Sequence record: SRR31156797_2902
Strand: one strand, 5' to 3'
DNA: 49,296 nucleotides
This document shows positions 1 to 10,944 of the stretch, piece after piece. A program made the translations under genes and the position numbers. The number at the start of each line of letters is the position of its first letter. The stretch's first letter is position 1. The notes beneath the pieces are model-generated. The model did not search any database. It had not been told where the DNA came from and was given only the letters and a program-made list of their open reading frames with translations.

Positions 1-21
1 AAAATAAAAAATTTTAAACAG

Positions 22-2013
22 ATGAAAAAATTTACGATTATCCTGACTTTGATCTGTTTTGCATCTATGTCGTTTAGCCAGAAATTAGAAAGAACTTTTA
101 GCGAAATTACCCCTGCGGAAATTGCTATGACCTCTTATGAAAATGACCCTGATGCAGGTGCAGTAATTTTGTTTGACATTGGTGAGTCAAAGTTCGTGGA
201 TTCCAAAAACGGTTATGATATACATTTCACCAGGCACAAACGAATTAAGATATTCGACAAATCAGCATTTGATCAGGCCGAAATTAAGATTCCATTTTAT
301 GTTGATGGATACGGTAAAACTGAAGTTATTCAATCGATTGATGCAATTACCTTTAATAATATCGATGGAAGAACATTTATGAAGAAACTTAACCATTCAA
401 CTGTGTATGAAGAAAAAATAAGTCAGCAGTGGTATGTTAAAAAGTTCGTTTTTCCTGATGTTCAGGAAGGTTCAATCCTCGATTTAAAATACACGCTCAT
501 AACTCCGTTTCATTTTAATTTACCAGACTGGGAATTTCAGGAAAAAATCCCAACCATCTACAGCGAATACGAGATTAGAATGATCCCATTTTACGAATAT
601 GTTTACATTGTACAAGGCATTTCAGGATTTGATTTTAAAGAATCATATATCGCCAAAACAAAAAGAACCTGGGGGAGCGTCGGTAAAAGTTATGGTCAAA
701 CTCTTGGTACCGGTGTTGAATTTCAGGACTACGTACACACCTATGTTTTAAAAGATATTCCGGCATTTAAAGACGAAACCTTCATCACAACGATAAATGA
801 TTACATTATTAAAATGGATTTTCAGTTATCAAAAGTGCATCGCCCAAATGGAACCACTACCGAAATTATATCAACCTGGCCAGAGCTCAACAAGGCTCTG
901 CTAAAAAACGAGCATTTCGGTAAATACATGAAAAGCAGTTCAAAGTATGCCAAAAAAGTGCTTCCCGATATAGATTTGGCTGGATTAACAACTTTGGAAC
1001 AGAGCAAAAAAATCATCAACTATGTCAAGGAAAATTACATTTGGAATAAGAGAAATTCAAAATATGCCTCCCAGTCGGCCAAAGAGTTCCAAATAAACAA
1101 AACCGGAAATTCAGCTGAGATCAATTTATTTTTGATTGCATTACTAAATCAAGCAGATGTTGAAGCTAAACCAGTAATTCTCAGCACCCGTGATCATGGT
1201 AAAATCAAGTCAGATTATCCTTTTGACTACTTTACAAATTATATAATTGCTTTAATTGAAACAGATTCACCTTATCTTGCCGATGCCTCAGACAGCCAAC
1301 TTCCGTTTAACCGCCTACCCATAAAGTGTGTAAACGAAAAGGGACTGATTGTATCAGAAGATGATGAACAATGGGTAAAACTCGCAAACAATATACCATC
1401 ATTAACTAAAACTGTTATCCACTCAACACTTGATTATGAAAGCATTGAAATAAATGCGAATATCAATATTCAATGTACTGAATATGAGGCATACTCAAAT
1501 CGGATATCTTATGGTGATGATGTTTCGGATCTAACAGCGTACTATGAAAAGAAAATAGGGGAAATCAATAGTTTAAAAACATTTGCTTACGAGAATAAGT
1601 CAAAGCCATATTCTATTGTTATTGATGGAGTTGCCGAACCAGAGCAAATTCTGGATAATATTGTTTTCATGCCCTTTTTTGATTTGGTAATAAAAGAGAA
1701 TATGCTAAAACAAAAAACAAGAGATTACCCTGTCGATTTAATCTATCCGCGCAAAATGCAATATGAATCGACCACTAAAATCCCTGAAGGGTTTAAAGTA
1801 GAGGAACTACCGGATGCTTACCAGACAGACAATGAACTTGTTGAAATTGATCTTAGTTATAAGATGATGGATGGATATTTGCAAGTTGTTGGACTTTACT
1901 ATTTCAAAAAAGCTGTATATCAACCTGATGAATATACAAAAATCAAAGTATACCTAAATAGGATCATAAAGAAATTCAATGCTCCCATAGTTCTTCAAAC
2001 GGAACAGGAATAA
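22..2013 (+). CDS. DUF3857/transglutaminase-like domain secreted protein
   Basis: 663-aa ORF with a signal peptide. Contains 'YENDPDAGAVILFD', 'KKFVFPDVQEGSILD', 'WEFQEKIP', and a degenerate transglutaminase core 'TGNSAEINLFL...PVILSTRDHG' typical of Bacteroidota DUF3857 proteins. Confidence 0.8.
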   Translation: MKKFTIILTLICFASMSFSQKLERTFSEITPAEIAMTSYENDPDAGAVILFDIGESKFVDSKNGYDIHFTRHKRIKIFDKSAFDQAEIKIPFYVDGYGKTEVIQSIDAITFNNIDGRTFMKKLNHSTVYEEKISQQWYVKKFVFPDVQEGSILDLKYTLITPFHFNLPDWEFQEKIPTIYSEYEIRMIPFYEYVYIVQGISGFDFKESYIAKTKRTWGSVGKSYGQTLGTGVEFQDYVHTYVLKDIPAFKDETFITTINDYIIKMDFQLSKVHRPNGTTTEIISTWPELNKALLKNEHFGKYMKSSSKYAKKVLPDIDLAGLTTLEQSKKIINYVKENYIWNKRNSKYASQSAKEFQINKTGNSAEINLFLIALLNQADVEAKPVILSTRDHGKIKSDYPFDYFTNYIIALIETDSPYLADASDSQLPFNRLPIKCVNEKGLIVSEDDEQWVKLANNIPSLTKTVIHSTLDYESIEINANINIQCTEYEAYSNRISYGDDVSDLTAYYEKKIGEINSLKTFAYENKSKPYSIVIDGVAEPEQILDNIVFMPFFDLVIKENMLKQKTRDYPVDLIYPRKMQYESTTKIPEGFKVEELPDAYQTDNELVEIDLSYKMMDGYLQVVGLYYFKKAVYQPDEYTKIKVYLNRIIKKFNAPIVLQTEQE

Positions 2014-2043
2014 AATCCAACACCTTTAATAGTAGAGATTTCC

Positions 2044-3690
2044 TTAATTGGCGACTGCGGTCATACTTACTTTGTGTGGCTTTTTGATCTCTTTTAGCGC
2101 CTCAATAAACGTTTCGTCAATCTGATGGTAGATGGGATAAAAACCATCGTTATCTAAAATATTGCGGGCGATCAGTGCTTTGAGTAACACCCTCACATCC
2201 TGCTCCATGTCATCAATACTTTCCTGATCTTTTTTGACTCCCTGGTTTTCGGCAAAATCCAGGAACTCATTAAATAACTGATCCGTAACCTCAAATGCAG
2301 AGTCAAACGCCTCAACATCTTCATATTTACTGAGTGCTTCGCGGTGCGCATCGGTATATTCAAATGCAAAATCATAAACAAGTCCACGGTTGATCAACCG
2401 GTTGTACCAGGCCATGTGTTCACCGGTTTGGATAGGCACAAAAATATCAGGCATGATACCGCCTCCACCGTAAACCACTTTTCCACCGGGGGTAATGTAT
2501 TTCAGTGAATCATCAAAATGGATGCTGTCAGCGTGTAACACTTCACCATTTACAAATCGATCGTGAAACTCCTTGTAATAATCTTTTGTTCCGTGATCGT
2601 AGGGTTTTTGAATACTCCGGCCTGTTGGCGTATAATACCTGGCCACGGTAAGCCTGAGTGCTGATCCGTCGTAAAGGTTCATCTGCTCCTGCACCAGGCC
2701 CTTACCGAATGAACGGCGTCCCATGATCGTGCCACGGTCGTTGTCCTGGATGGCACCTGCAACAATTTCACTGGCTGAGGCCGATCCTTCATCGATAAGA
2801 ACGATGATATCTTCATTTTCAAAATTCCCACGTTCAGTGGCATAGGCAAAATTCCGTGGCCTGTTTTTGCCTTCGGTGTAAACAATCAACTCACCATCCT
2901 TCAAAAACTCATCCGAAACCCTGATTGCCGACTGGAGGTAGCCACCCGTATTATTCCTCAGGTCGAGGATCAGTTTGTGCATGCCCTCTTCTTTCAATTC
3001 CTGTAATGCCTCCACCAGTTCATTATGTGTACTGGCCGAAAATTTATTGAGCTTTACAAAACCAATGGAATCATCTACCATATATGCGATGTCAAGGCTG
3101 TAAGTCGGGATCACATTCCGGGTAATGGTAAAATCCAGCAGGTCTTTCGATCCCCGCCTGAACACTTTGATATTGACCTTGGTGCCGCGCGGGCCCTTGA
3201 GCAATTTCATCACCCGGCTGTTTACGATACCGACTCCGGCAATGGTATCCTCCTCTACGATCACGATGCGGTCTCCGGCCTTGATACCTACCTTTTCAGA
3301 AGGGCCACCGGCGATTGGGGAAACCACCATTACGGTATCTTTTTCGATGCGAAACTGCACCCCGATGCCTTCGAAATTACCTTCGAGGTGCTCGTTCACA
3401 TGATCCAGGTCACGCGCAGCGATATATTGTGAATGTGGATCCAGGTTCTCAAGAACATGTGCGATCGCATCCTCCTGCTGCACTTCAATATCTACCGTAT
3501 CCACATAATCCCGTTCGATGAGGTTCATGATATCGCTCAGCTTATTGTAGTCGGAAAGGTTTACGGAATAGATCGGTGAGCCCGAAGAACCTCGCGGTGC
3601 AAGGCGTAACCCGATAAAAATTCCGGCAATGAGGACAATGGAAAAAAGCAGTGGCAGGTAAACGGTGATTTTATGTTTGAATTTACGCAT
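2044..3690 (-). CDS. S41 family carboxyl-terminal processing protease (PDZ + peptidase S41)
   Basis: N-terminal TM helix, 'LDPHS', PDZ 'FEGIGV', 'LILDLRNNTGG', catalytic 'SASASEIVAGA' and 'SFGKGLVQ', 'YYTPTGRSIQ'. Confidence 0.93.
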   Translation of the reverse strand: MRKFKHKITVYLPLLFSIVLIAGIFIGLRLAPRGSSGSPIYSVNLSDYNKLSDIMNLIERDYVDTVDIEVQQEDAIAHVLENLDPHSQYIAARDLDHVNEHLEGNFEGIGVQFRIEKDTVMVVSPIAGGPSEKVGIKAGDRIVIVEEDTIAGVGIVNSRVMKLLKGPRGTKVNIKVFRRGSKDLLDFTITRNVIPTYSLDIAYMVDDSIGFVKLNKFSASTHNELVEALQELKEEGMHKLILDLRNNTGGYLQSAIRVSDEFLKDGELIVYTEGKNRPRNFAYATERGNFENEDIIVLIDEGSASASEIVAGAIQDNDRGTIMGRRSFGKGLVQEQMNLYDGSALRLTVARYYTPTGRSIQKPYDHGTKDYYKEFHDRFVNGEVLHADSIHFDDSLKYITPGGKVVYGGGGIMPDIFVPIQTGEHMAWYNRLINRGLVYDFAFEYTDAHREALSKYEDVEAFDSAFEVTDQLFNEFLDFAENQGVKKDQESIDDMEQDVRVLLKALIARNILDNDGFYPIYHQIDETFIEALKEIKKPHKVSMTAVAN

Positions 3691-3734
3691 TTGTCAACAA
3701 AGTGCTAATGAAAAATATGTAAGTATTTAATTTG

Positions 3735-3742
3735 CAAATGTA
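3735..3742 (-). promoter_or_regulatory. Bacteroidota sigma-A -7 element (TACATTTG) for the S41 protease gene
   Basis: Plus strand CAAATGTA is TAnnTTTG on the minus strand, about 45 nt upstream of the start. Confidence 0.5.
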
Positions 3743-3783
3743 TTGTTTGTAACGGTTGATAACGCAGAATCATTGAGTCTGTT

Positions 3784-3791
3784 TAAATTTG
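3784..3791 (+). promoter_or_regulatory. Bacteroidota -7 element (TAAATTTG) upstream of rsmI
   Basis: Exact TAnnTTTG match in the divergent intergenic region. Confidence 0.4.
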
Positions 3792-3868
3792 TTGTCAATT
3801 AAACCAATTGTTAAGTTCAGGCTTCAAGAGGTATAACACGAAACAAACCAATGAAAAACCAGTAAAAT

Positions 3869-4540
3869 ATGGCAAAACTGTTTATCGTCCCTACCCCCAT
3901 CGGAAACCTGGCTGACATTACTTTCAGGGCCATTGAAGTATTGAAATCGGTTGATTTTGTGTTGGCTGAAGACACCCGGACGTCAGGCATTTTGCTGAAG
4001 CACTATGAAATCAGCAAACCATTGGTAGCCTATCACCAGCACAACGAGCACAAGGTATTTGAAAGGCTTGCCGAAAGAATTGCCACCAGTGAAAATGCTG
4101 CTTTGGTTAGTGATGCCGGTACACCTGCTATTTCCGATCCGGGCTTCCTGTTGGTGCGCGAATGCCTGAAACAAGGCATTGAGGTGGAGTGTTTGCCGGG
4201 CGCATCGGCCTTTTTACCGGCGCTGGTTAATTCAGGACTTCCAGCCGACCGTTTTGTTTTTGAAGGATTTCTGCCCCATAAAAAGGGCCGCAAAACCAAA
4301 CTGGAATATCTGAGCACTGTACCCTTTTCCGTAATTTTATACGAATCTCCCCATAGGCTGGTAAAAACCCTACAACAACTCAAGGAGCATTTTGGCGCGG
4401 ACAGGCCTGCATCCGTATCGCGCGAACTAACCAAAATGTATGAAGAAACCATCCGCGGAACGCTGGAAGAGCTGGCGGCTCATTTCACCGAAAATAACCC
4501 CAGAGGCGAGTTTGTGATTGTTGTTGGAGGAAGCGCGTAG
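3869..4540 (+). CDS. rsmI: 16S rRNA (cytidine1402-2'-O)-methyltransferase
   Basis: 'LFIVPTPIGNLADITFRA', 'AEDTR', 'VSDAGTPAISDPG', 'FEGFLP', 'YESPHR', 'RELTKMYEE'. Confidence 0.96.
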   Translation: MAKLFIVPTPIGNLADITFRAIEVLKSVDFVLAEDTRTSGILLKHYEISKPLVAYHQHNEHKVFERLAERIATSENAALVSDAGTPAISDPGFLLVRECLKQGIEVECLPGASAFLPALVNSGLPADRFVFEGFLPHKKGRKTKLEYLSTVPFSVILYESPHRLVKTLQQLKEHFGADRPASVSRELTKMYEETIRGTLEELAAHFTENNPRGEFVIVVGGSA

Positions 4541-4584
4541 AGCGTAGCGCAAAACGCAGGGCGCATAGTGCTGAGCGCAGAGCG
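4534..4584. repeat. Degenerate 7-bp tandem repeat (consensus about CGCANAG, 7 units)
   Basis: cgcgtag agcgtag cgcaaaa cgcaggg cgcatag tgctgag cgcagag; overlaps the rsmI stop codon. Confidence 0.75.
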
Positions 4585-4752
4585 ATTAAGTGCAACTGTT
4601 AATGTTTGAAGGTTTTAAGGATAATTCTGGCAAATCCATAAAATCTTTTCGTTTGTAACAAAAACTAATTAAATCTATGAACGAAAACTTTTGCCGTGTT
4701 ACAAAAAAGTATCATTAAAAATATAGCGCAATCTGAATTTCCAGAATGACCA

Positions 4753-4794
4753 AGCAAAAGCATCACAGCACAAAACACCAAACTCAAAACTAAC
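4753..4794. repeat. Degenerate 7-bp tandem repeat (A/C-rich)
   Basis: agcaaaa gcatcac agcacaa aacacca aactcaa aactaac. Confidence 0.5.
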
Positions 4795-4930
4795 TTTTCA
4801 TCCTCCGATGCGCTTGCGGAAAAATATCTCTCACCTTTTCTTGCCCAATTACAAGGTTCTGAGTTTAGGGTTGCGATCACCTTGTGCCTCTGCCAAAGAC
4901 TTCCCTATCCGGGCAGGAGCTGTAACCCCA

Positions 4931-4965
4931 ACTCATCGCTCGCATCTCATCTCTCACTCTCATTT
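4931..4965. repeat. Degenerate 7-bp tandem repeat (nCTCAnn)
   Basis: actcatc gctcgca tctcatc tctcact ctcattt. Confidence 0.5.
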
Positions 4966-5007
4966 CCAAATTCGTAATTCTCCCGAAAGGGTGCCTTCTG
5001 TACAAAC

Positions 5008-5346
5008 CTATAGTTCCGTATATTTCTTCGCCAGATTCTTCGACTTCTCCACCGGATACTTTTTTCCATTCTTCTTTATCTTATCCAGCGTAATCTCTTT
5101 TACATCAAACCCATATTTTTCGGCAAGCATAAATGCATAAGCAAACACATCAGCCAACTCTTCTTTTACTTTGGTTTGATTGATGGTTTCCAGCTGATCG
5201 TACTTTTTCCAGAGGTACAGCTCGTTGAGTTCGGCTGCTTCGATGGATAGAGCAAGGGCAAGATCTTTGGGATTGTGGAATTGCTCCCAGTTGCGGGCAT
5301 TTCTAAAATCTACCAGCGCTTTGGTGATGGCTTCGATATCGGTCAT
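5008..5346 (-). CDS. MazG-like all-alpha nucleotide pyrophosphohydrolase (dCTP pyrophosphatase type)
   Basis: 'FRNARNWEQFHNPKDLALALSIEAAEL', 'EELADV', 'KYPVEK'. A TAnnTTTG element (TACTTTTG) lies at 5363-5370 on the minus strand. Confidence 0.92.
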   Translation of the reverse strand: MTDIEAITKALVDFRNARNWEQFHNPKDLALALSIEAAELNELYLWKKYDQLETINQTKVKEELADVFAYAFMLAEKYGFDVKEITLDKIKKNGKKYPVEKSKNLAKKYTEL

Positions 5347-5443
5347 ACAATTTACTTTTTTACAAAAGTAGCATTTGAAAATTGAATTTCCGACCGCTAG
5401 AATAACCTCAACATTTACCGATCTTTGTCAAAATTTTGTACGG

Positions 5444-8400
5444 ATGCCATCAATTAAAATTCACAACGCTTCAGAAAACAACCTGAAAAATATCTCGCTT
5501 GAGATTCCCAAAAACAAGCTGATTGTGGTAACCGGCGTTTCCGGATCGGGAAAATCATCTTTGGTTTATGATGTGATTTACCGGGAGGCCGAAAACAGGT
5601 ACCTCAGCACATTTTCTTCGCATGCCCGCCAGTTCCTGGGAAAGATGAAAAAACCCGGGGTGGAAAAAATCGAGGGCCTCTCCCCTGCCATTGCCGTCAA
5701 TCAAAAAACGGTTATCCGGAATCCGCGATCCACTGTTGGAACCATCACCGGCATATATGATTACCTGCGGTTGCTTTTTGCCCGCGCCGGAAAAGCCGAT
5801 GCTACCCATTCAAAAGTGAAAGTTGACCGCAACCTGTTTTCGTTCAACAGCCCGGCGGGAGCCTGCCCAAAATGCAACGGACTGGGTGTGCAGGACCGTA
5901 TAGACCCGGAATTGATCGTGGCTGATGAAAGCAAATCCCTGCGCGAAGGGGCTTTTGTGATAACCGCTCCCAATGGCTACATCATTTATTCGCAGGTTAC
6001 CATGGACGTGCTGGATGAGGTTTGCCGCGCCGAAGGTTTCAGTGCTGATATCCCCTGGAAAGATCTGACACCGGAACAAAAAAATGTGGTCTTTTTTGGC
6101 AGCGAAAAAATTGAAATCCCTTTCGGAAAACATACCCTCGAATCGCGGATGAAATGGAGTGGCATAACAGCTAAGCCGCGCGACACAGGATATTACAAAG
6201 GTGTGATCAACATTATGAACGACATCCTGAAGCGCGACCGCAACAAAAACATCCTGCGGTTTGTCCGTACCGAAAACTGCGATGCGTGCGACGGAAAAAG
6301 GCTCAATCCCGATGCACTTTCCGTATCATGGCAAAACCACAGCATTTCCGATCTCGCTGCAAAACCGATTGATGAATTACATGATTTACTGGGTAATCTC
6401 AAAATTGAAGGCCCTGAAAAGGAAATCACGAAACCGCTGATCCATGAAATCTTGAAAAGGACCTTCCTGCTTCAAAAGTTGGGGTGCGGCTACCTGTCCA
6501 TCCATCGTGAATCCACAACCTTGTCGGGTGGTGAAAGCCAACGGCTTCGTTTGGCCACACAGGTTACTTCGAAACTTCGCGGTGTGCTGTATATTTTCGA
6601 TGAGCCCTCCATCGGGCTTCATCCCACCGAAAACAACAAAATGCTTGAGGTGTTGAAAGAACTGCGCAACAACGGGAACACGGTGATTGTGGTGGAACAC
6701 GACGACGAATACCTCCGCCAAGCCGACCATGTGATAGATATTGGCCCCGAGGCCGGTGAAAATGGCGGGGAAGTATTGATCAATCATGCTGCTGAAAAGA
6801 TGCATGAGATTCAGGTTCCGAACAGCCAGACTCTAAAATTCCTCCATGGGCATGAAAAGTTTGAGGTCAGGAAAACACCTGCATTCTCCGAGGAAAAAAT
6901 CATCGTACAGGGCGCATCTGAGCACAATCTGAAAAAGATAAATACCGAATTTCTGCTCAATACCATCAATGCGGTTACCGGTGTTTCGGGTGCAGGAAAA
7001 TCCACCCTCACCGAAGATGTGCTTGCCCGCTTTCTGAAAATGAAAATACACGGCTCCACAGCATATCCCGGCCGGCACGAGAAAATCACAGGCTGGGAAA
7101 ACATCAAAAAAGTGGTGATGATCGACCAATCGCCCATTGGAAGGACGCCGCGCAGCAACCCGGCAACTTATACCAAACTTTCTGATCATATCCGCGATCT
7201 TTATGCGAGCCTGCCCGAATCGAAAAACAGGGGATGGAAAAAGGGCAGGTTTTCGTTTAATGTGGCCGGTGGCCGATGTGAAAAATGCCAGGGTGCCGGA
7301 TTTTTGCAGGTGGGCATGCATTTCCTGGGCGATGTGGAAATCGAGTGTGATGGTTGCAATGGAAAACGCTTCAACAATGAAACGCTTGATATAAAATTCG
7401 AAGGCAAAAACATTTTTGAGGTGCTGGAAATGCCGGTTGAAGAGGCTGTGACTTTTTTCAATGATCAGCCAAAAATGCTACGAATTGTTGCAACCCTGAA
7501 AGAACTCGGACTGGGCTACCTGAAGCTTGGCCAGCGATCCACAACCCTCAGTGGCGGCGAAGCGCAACGGGTAAAACTGGCCACTGAGCTGGCAAGGCCG
7601 GCATCGGCACACACACTCTATATCCTGGATGAACCAACGGTGGGCTTGCACAACGCCGATGTGAAAGTATTGCAGAAGTCATTGGATGGGCTGATCAGGA
7701 ACGGGCACACCGTCATCGTGATCGAACATCATCCCGGAATCATCGCAGCTGCCGGGCACATAGTTGACCTCGGTCCGGGAAGTGGTAAAAGTGGTGGAAA
7801 TGTTATGTTCCAGGGAACCCCGGAACAACTGTTGCAAAACGAAAATTCACAAACTGGATCAGCGCTAAAGGAATATTTGAAAAACTCCTGGAAACCTCAG
7901 AAACAGGAACCCCGGCAAGAACCTGTCCAGCAAATTCACACCGTATTTAAAGGAATTACCACCCATAACCTGAAAAATATTGATGTTGAAATACCCCAAA
8001 ACAAAATAACCGTAATTACCGGATTTTCAGGTTCCGGAAAATCCTCACTCGCTTTCGACACCCTTTATGCAGAAGGCCGTAACCGGTTCCTCGAAAGTTT
8101 TTCACCCTACGTGAGGTCACAAATCGGTATGCAGGCCAAGGCTGATTTTGAGGAAGTGGATAACCTTACCCCTGTCATTGCCATCAACCGCCAGATGATG
8201 AAATCGGGTGCGAGGTCAACGGTTGGGACCATGACCGGCATTTATGACCTGTACCGGTTGATGTTTTCGCGGGTTGGCAAAAACGGCGCAAAAACAGATC
8301 CGCCGCTGTCTTCGCTTTTCTCATTCAATCATCAAAACGGGGCCTGCCCAAAATGTGACGGGCTTGGAGAAATAACCGCGGGTGATCCTCAAAAACTTAT

Positions 8401-10378
8401 CACCAACCCGGAGCTGCCCATCGGCGAAGGTGCCATGAAAGGCCACAAATGGGGCAAATTCTACAGCGATCCTTTTGGCCAGTACATCCATACCCTTTTC
8501 GCCGCCGGCGAACGGTTCGGGATGGATTTCACCATGGCGTGGAATGAGCTGACGCCCAAAGAGCAAAACGATTCCATGTATGGTACAGGTGATGAGCAAT
8601 ACGATATAACCTGGAAATTTAAGCGCGGCAAACGTGAAGGTGAGCACAACTTCAGCGGGCCATGGAAAGGATTCGTGAACCTGGTGAACGACGAATACCA
8701 GCGCAAACATGCCGATAGCCGGGGTGATTCGATGATGGCCGTTATGAAAAAAGAAATGTGCCCAGCATGCCATGGGGCACGGCTTAAACCCGAAGCACTG
8801 GATTACCGGATACTGGGAAAAAATATTGCTGAATTGTCACGGATGAGCATCGGACAAAGCATGGCATGGTTCGAAAATTTCGGGCAGGAATTTGCTGATG
8901 ATATTGTAAAAAATATTACAAAACAGCTTCGCGCTGAAATCCTGGAAAAGTTAGTCTTTCTGCAAAAACTCGGGCTGGATTATCTGAGTATAAACAGGGA
9001 CGCAGCATCACTTTCGGGTGGTGAGGCGCAGCGTGTGAGGCTGGCATCACAACTAAGCAACGGACTTACAGATGTAACTTTTGTGCTGGACGAGCCAACG
9101 GTAGGCCTCCACCCTTCCGACACCGAATCGCTCATGGAGATTGTAAAACAATTGCGGGATTTCGGAAATACTGTGGTTATGGTGGAACACGACCGGGATG
9201 TAATGCTTACCGCTGATCACCTCATAGAACTTGGACCGGTAGCCGGTGAGCATGGGGGAACAGTCATGGCCTCCGGTGGCAGAAAAGAAATCATTGCGAA
9301 CCCAAATTCCATCACCGGGCGATATCTTGTTGAAGATTTTTCAACTTCCACCAAAAGGACTGATCACGAATTCATTTATGGCAATCCGCTAAAAATTAAT
9401 TCGGCCAGGGCCAACAACCTGAAAAATATCAGCCTTGAAATCCCGGTTGGCCGGATGACAGGGCTCACCGGCGTTTCGGGTAGCGGAAAATCTTCCCTAC
9501 TGTTTGATGTAATAGCTGCAAGTGCAAAATCCGGAAAACCTGAAGCATGCCATTCGATTTCGGGGCTGGAACAATTTACAGAGGTTGTCACCATAACCCA
9601 GGCTCCGGTTTCAACTTCAAAGGTTAGTAACGCCCTTACTTTTACCGGACTTTTTGATAAAATCAGGGACATTTTTGCAGGTACCGATGAGGCCAAATCT
9701 GCCAAACTCAAAAAATCACATTTTTCGTTTAACAGCAAGGGGGGCCGTTGTGAAAAATGCCTGGGGCAGGGTAAACTCAGGGTGAGCATGGATTTTGTTT
9801 CGGATGTTTGGGTAACCTGCGAAGCCTGTCATGGCAAAAGATACACCGATGAGGTTTTGTCCATCAAGTTAAAAAACCATACTATTTATGATGTTCTTGA
9901 GATGACCGTTTCAAGCGCCATTGCTTTTTTTGGTGAAAATGAAAGCCCCGGCAACCAGTTGAAAACCCTCGAAGATGTTGGCCTGGGGTATATCAGGCTT
10001 GGGCAGTCCACCGATACATTTTCCGGAGGTGAGTTGCAACGTCTTAAACTCGCCAGGATATTGATGCACGACATTTCAGGTAAAAACCTCTACCTGCTGG
10101 ATGAACCTTCAACGGGTTTGCATTTCAGGGATGTGGAAGTGCTGATGAAACTTTTTAACAAGCTGCTGGAAAAAGGCCACACGCTGATCATCATCGAACA
10201 CAACATGGACATCATCAGCCATTGCGATTATGTGATCGACCTCGGGCCGGGTGGTGGAGATAATGGCGGTACCATTGTAGCAAACGGAACACCTGAATCC
10301 ATTATCCTCTCAGAAAAATCGATTACGGGAAAATATCTGAAAACATATTTTAATTCCTCACAACGAAAGCATGGATAG
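5444..10378 (+). CDS. uvrA: Double-length (tandem-fused) UvrA-family ABC ATPase, class-II-like
   Basis: Four Walker A motifs ([36 protein letters not shown]), four LSGGE/FSGGE signatures, four DEP Walker B motifs, 'NNLKNI' motifs and CxxC zinc motifs. Start placed at ATG 5444 (MPSIKIHNA) rather than TTG 5375. Confidence 0.9.
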   Translation: MPSIKIHNASENNLKNISLEIPKNKLIVVTGVSGSGKSSLVYDVIYREAENRYLSTFSSHARQFLGKMKKPGVEKIEGLSPAIAVNQKTVIRNPRSTVGTITGIYDYLRLLFARAGKADATHSKVKVDRNLFSFNSPAGACPKCNGLGVQDRIDPELIVADESKSLREGAFVITAPNGYIIYSQVTMDVLDEVCRAEGFSADIPWKDLTPEQKNVVFFGSEKIEIPFGKHTLESRMKWSGITAKPRDTGYYKGVINIMNDILKRDRNKNILRFVRTENCDACDGKRLNPDALSVSWQNHSISDLAAKPIDELHDLLGNLKIEGPEKEITKPLIHEILKRTFLLQKLGCGYLSIHRESTTLSGGESQRLRLATQVTSKLRGVLYIFDEPSIGLHPTENNKMLEVLKELRNNGNTVIVVEHDDEYLRQADHVIDIGPEAGENGGEVLINHAAEKMHEIQVPNSQTLKFLHGHEKFEVRKTPAFSEEKIIVQGASEHNLKKINTEFLLNTINAVTGVSGAGKSTLTEDVLARFLKMKIHGSTAYPGRHEKITGWENIKKVVMIDQSPIGRTPRSNPATYTKLSDHIRDLYASLPESKNRGWKKGRFSFNVAGGRCEKCQGAGFLQVGMHFLGDVEIECDGCNGKRFNNETLDIKFEGKNIFEVLEMPVEEAVTFFNDQPKMLRIVATLKELGLGYLKLGQRSTTLSGGEAQRVKLATELARPASAHTLYILDEPTVGLHNADVKVLQKSLDGLIRNGHTVIVIEHHPGIIAAAGHIVDLGPGSGKSGGNVMFQGTPEQLLQNENSQTGSALKEYLKNSWKPQKQEPRQEPVQQIHTVFKGITTHNLKNIDVEIPQNKITVITGFSGSGKSSLAFDTLYAEGRNRFLESFSPYVRSQIGMQAKADFEEVDNLTPVIAINRQMMKSGARSTVGTMTGIYDLYRLMFSRVGKNGAKTDPPLSSLFSFNHQNGACPKCDGLGEITAGDPQKLITNPELPIGEGAMKGHKWGKFYSDPFGQYIHTLFAAGERFGMDFTMAWNELTPKEQNDSMYGTGDEQYDITWKFKRGKREGEHNFSGPWKGFVNLVNDEYQRKHADSRGDSMMAVMKKEMCPACHGARLKPEALDYRILGKNIAELSRMSIGQSMAWFENFGQEFADDIVKNITKQLRAEILEKLVFLQKLGLDYLSINRDAASLSGGEAQRVRLASQLSNGLTDVTFVLDEPTVGLHPSDTESLMEIVKQLRDFGNTVVMVEHDRDVMLTADHLIELGPVAGEHGGTVMASGGRKEIIANPNSITGRYLVEDFSTSTKRTDHEFIYGNPLKINSARANNLKNISLEIPVGRMTGLTGVSGSGKSSLLFDVIAASAKSGKPEACHSISGLEQFTEVVTITQAPVSTSKVSNALTFTGLFDKIRDIFAGTDEAKSAKLKKSHFSFNSKGGRCEKCLGQGKLRVSMDFVSDVWVTCEACHGKRYTDEVLSIKLKNHTIYDVLEMTVSSAIAFFGENESPGNQLKTLEDVGLGYIRLGQSTDTFSGGELQRLKLARILMHDISGKNLYLLDEPSTGLHFRDVEVLMKLFNKLLEKGHTLIIIEHNMDIISHCDYVIDLGPGGGDNGGTIVANGTPESIILSEKSITGKYLKTYFNSSQRKHG

Positions 10379-10409
10379 AAACGGAATTTGTTAATTTGCA
10401 CCCATTAAT

Positions 10410-10862
10410 ATGATAACCATGTCCATAAAAGTAATCAGTGTAAATATTTCACAGGAGAAAGGCACCATCAAAACACCCGTTCCAGAAATTGTATTGAATG
10501 ACAAAGGTGTTGAAGGCGATGCGCATGCCGGCGACTGGCACAGGCAGGTGAGCCTGCTGGCCAAAGAAAGCGTGGAAAAATGGGCTGCAAAAGCCGGACG
10601 AAAAGTGAATTGGGGTGAATTTGCCGAAAACATCACCACCGAGGGCATTACGCTTTATGAAACCAATCCCGGCGACAAACTAATCATTGGCGAAACGGAG
10701 CTGGAGGTAACACAGATTGGCAAAAAATGCCACGGGAAAGGCTGTGCGATCTTTAAAGAAGTGGGCAACTGTGTGATGCCCGCCGAAGGCATTTTTGCTA
10801 AGGTAATCCGGAATGGAAATGTTAAAGCAGGAGACCAGATTCAATATTTACCAAAAAACTAA
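10410..10862 (+). CDS. MOSC domain protein
   Basis: 'GVEGDAHAG', 'RQVSLL', 'GEFAENITT', 'EVTQIGKKCH..CAIF..VGNCVMP.EGIF'. Confidence 0.92.
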   Translation: MITMSIKVISVNISQEKGTIKTPVPEIVLNDKGVEGDAHAGDWHRQVSLLAKESVEKWAAKAGRKVNWGEFAENITTEGITLYETNPGDKLIIGETELEVTQIGKKCHGKGCAIFKEVGNCVMPAEGIFAKVIRNGNVKAGDQIQYLPKN

Positions 10863-10916
10863 TCCCAGCCTTATTTAATCTTACACCGATAGGTTGTATA
10901 AAGCATGATTCAATTT

Positions 10917-10937
10917 TGTAACTAATGTTTAGTTGCA
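10917..10937. promoter_or_regulatory. Putative HicB operator (inverted repeat)
   Basis: TGTAACTAA-tgt-TTAGTTGCA (8/9 symmetric) directly upstream of the hicA promoter element. Confidence 0.55.
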
Positions 10938-10944
10938 TTTTTGT

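Noticed and set aside
4646-4705. Interleaved inverted repeats (ttttcgtt/aacgaaaa and tttgtaaca/tgttacaaa) suggesting a pseudoknot or ncRNA
   Set aside because: Short and AT-rich, the stems overlap and the loop geometry is atypical. Cannot be distinguished from chance without covariation data.
4665-5140. ORFs 4665-4880 (minus) and 4808-5140 (plus) in the rsmI-MazG gap
   Set aside because: They run through low-complexity heptamer tracts, one overlaps MazG antisense, and neither looks protein-like.
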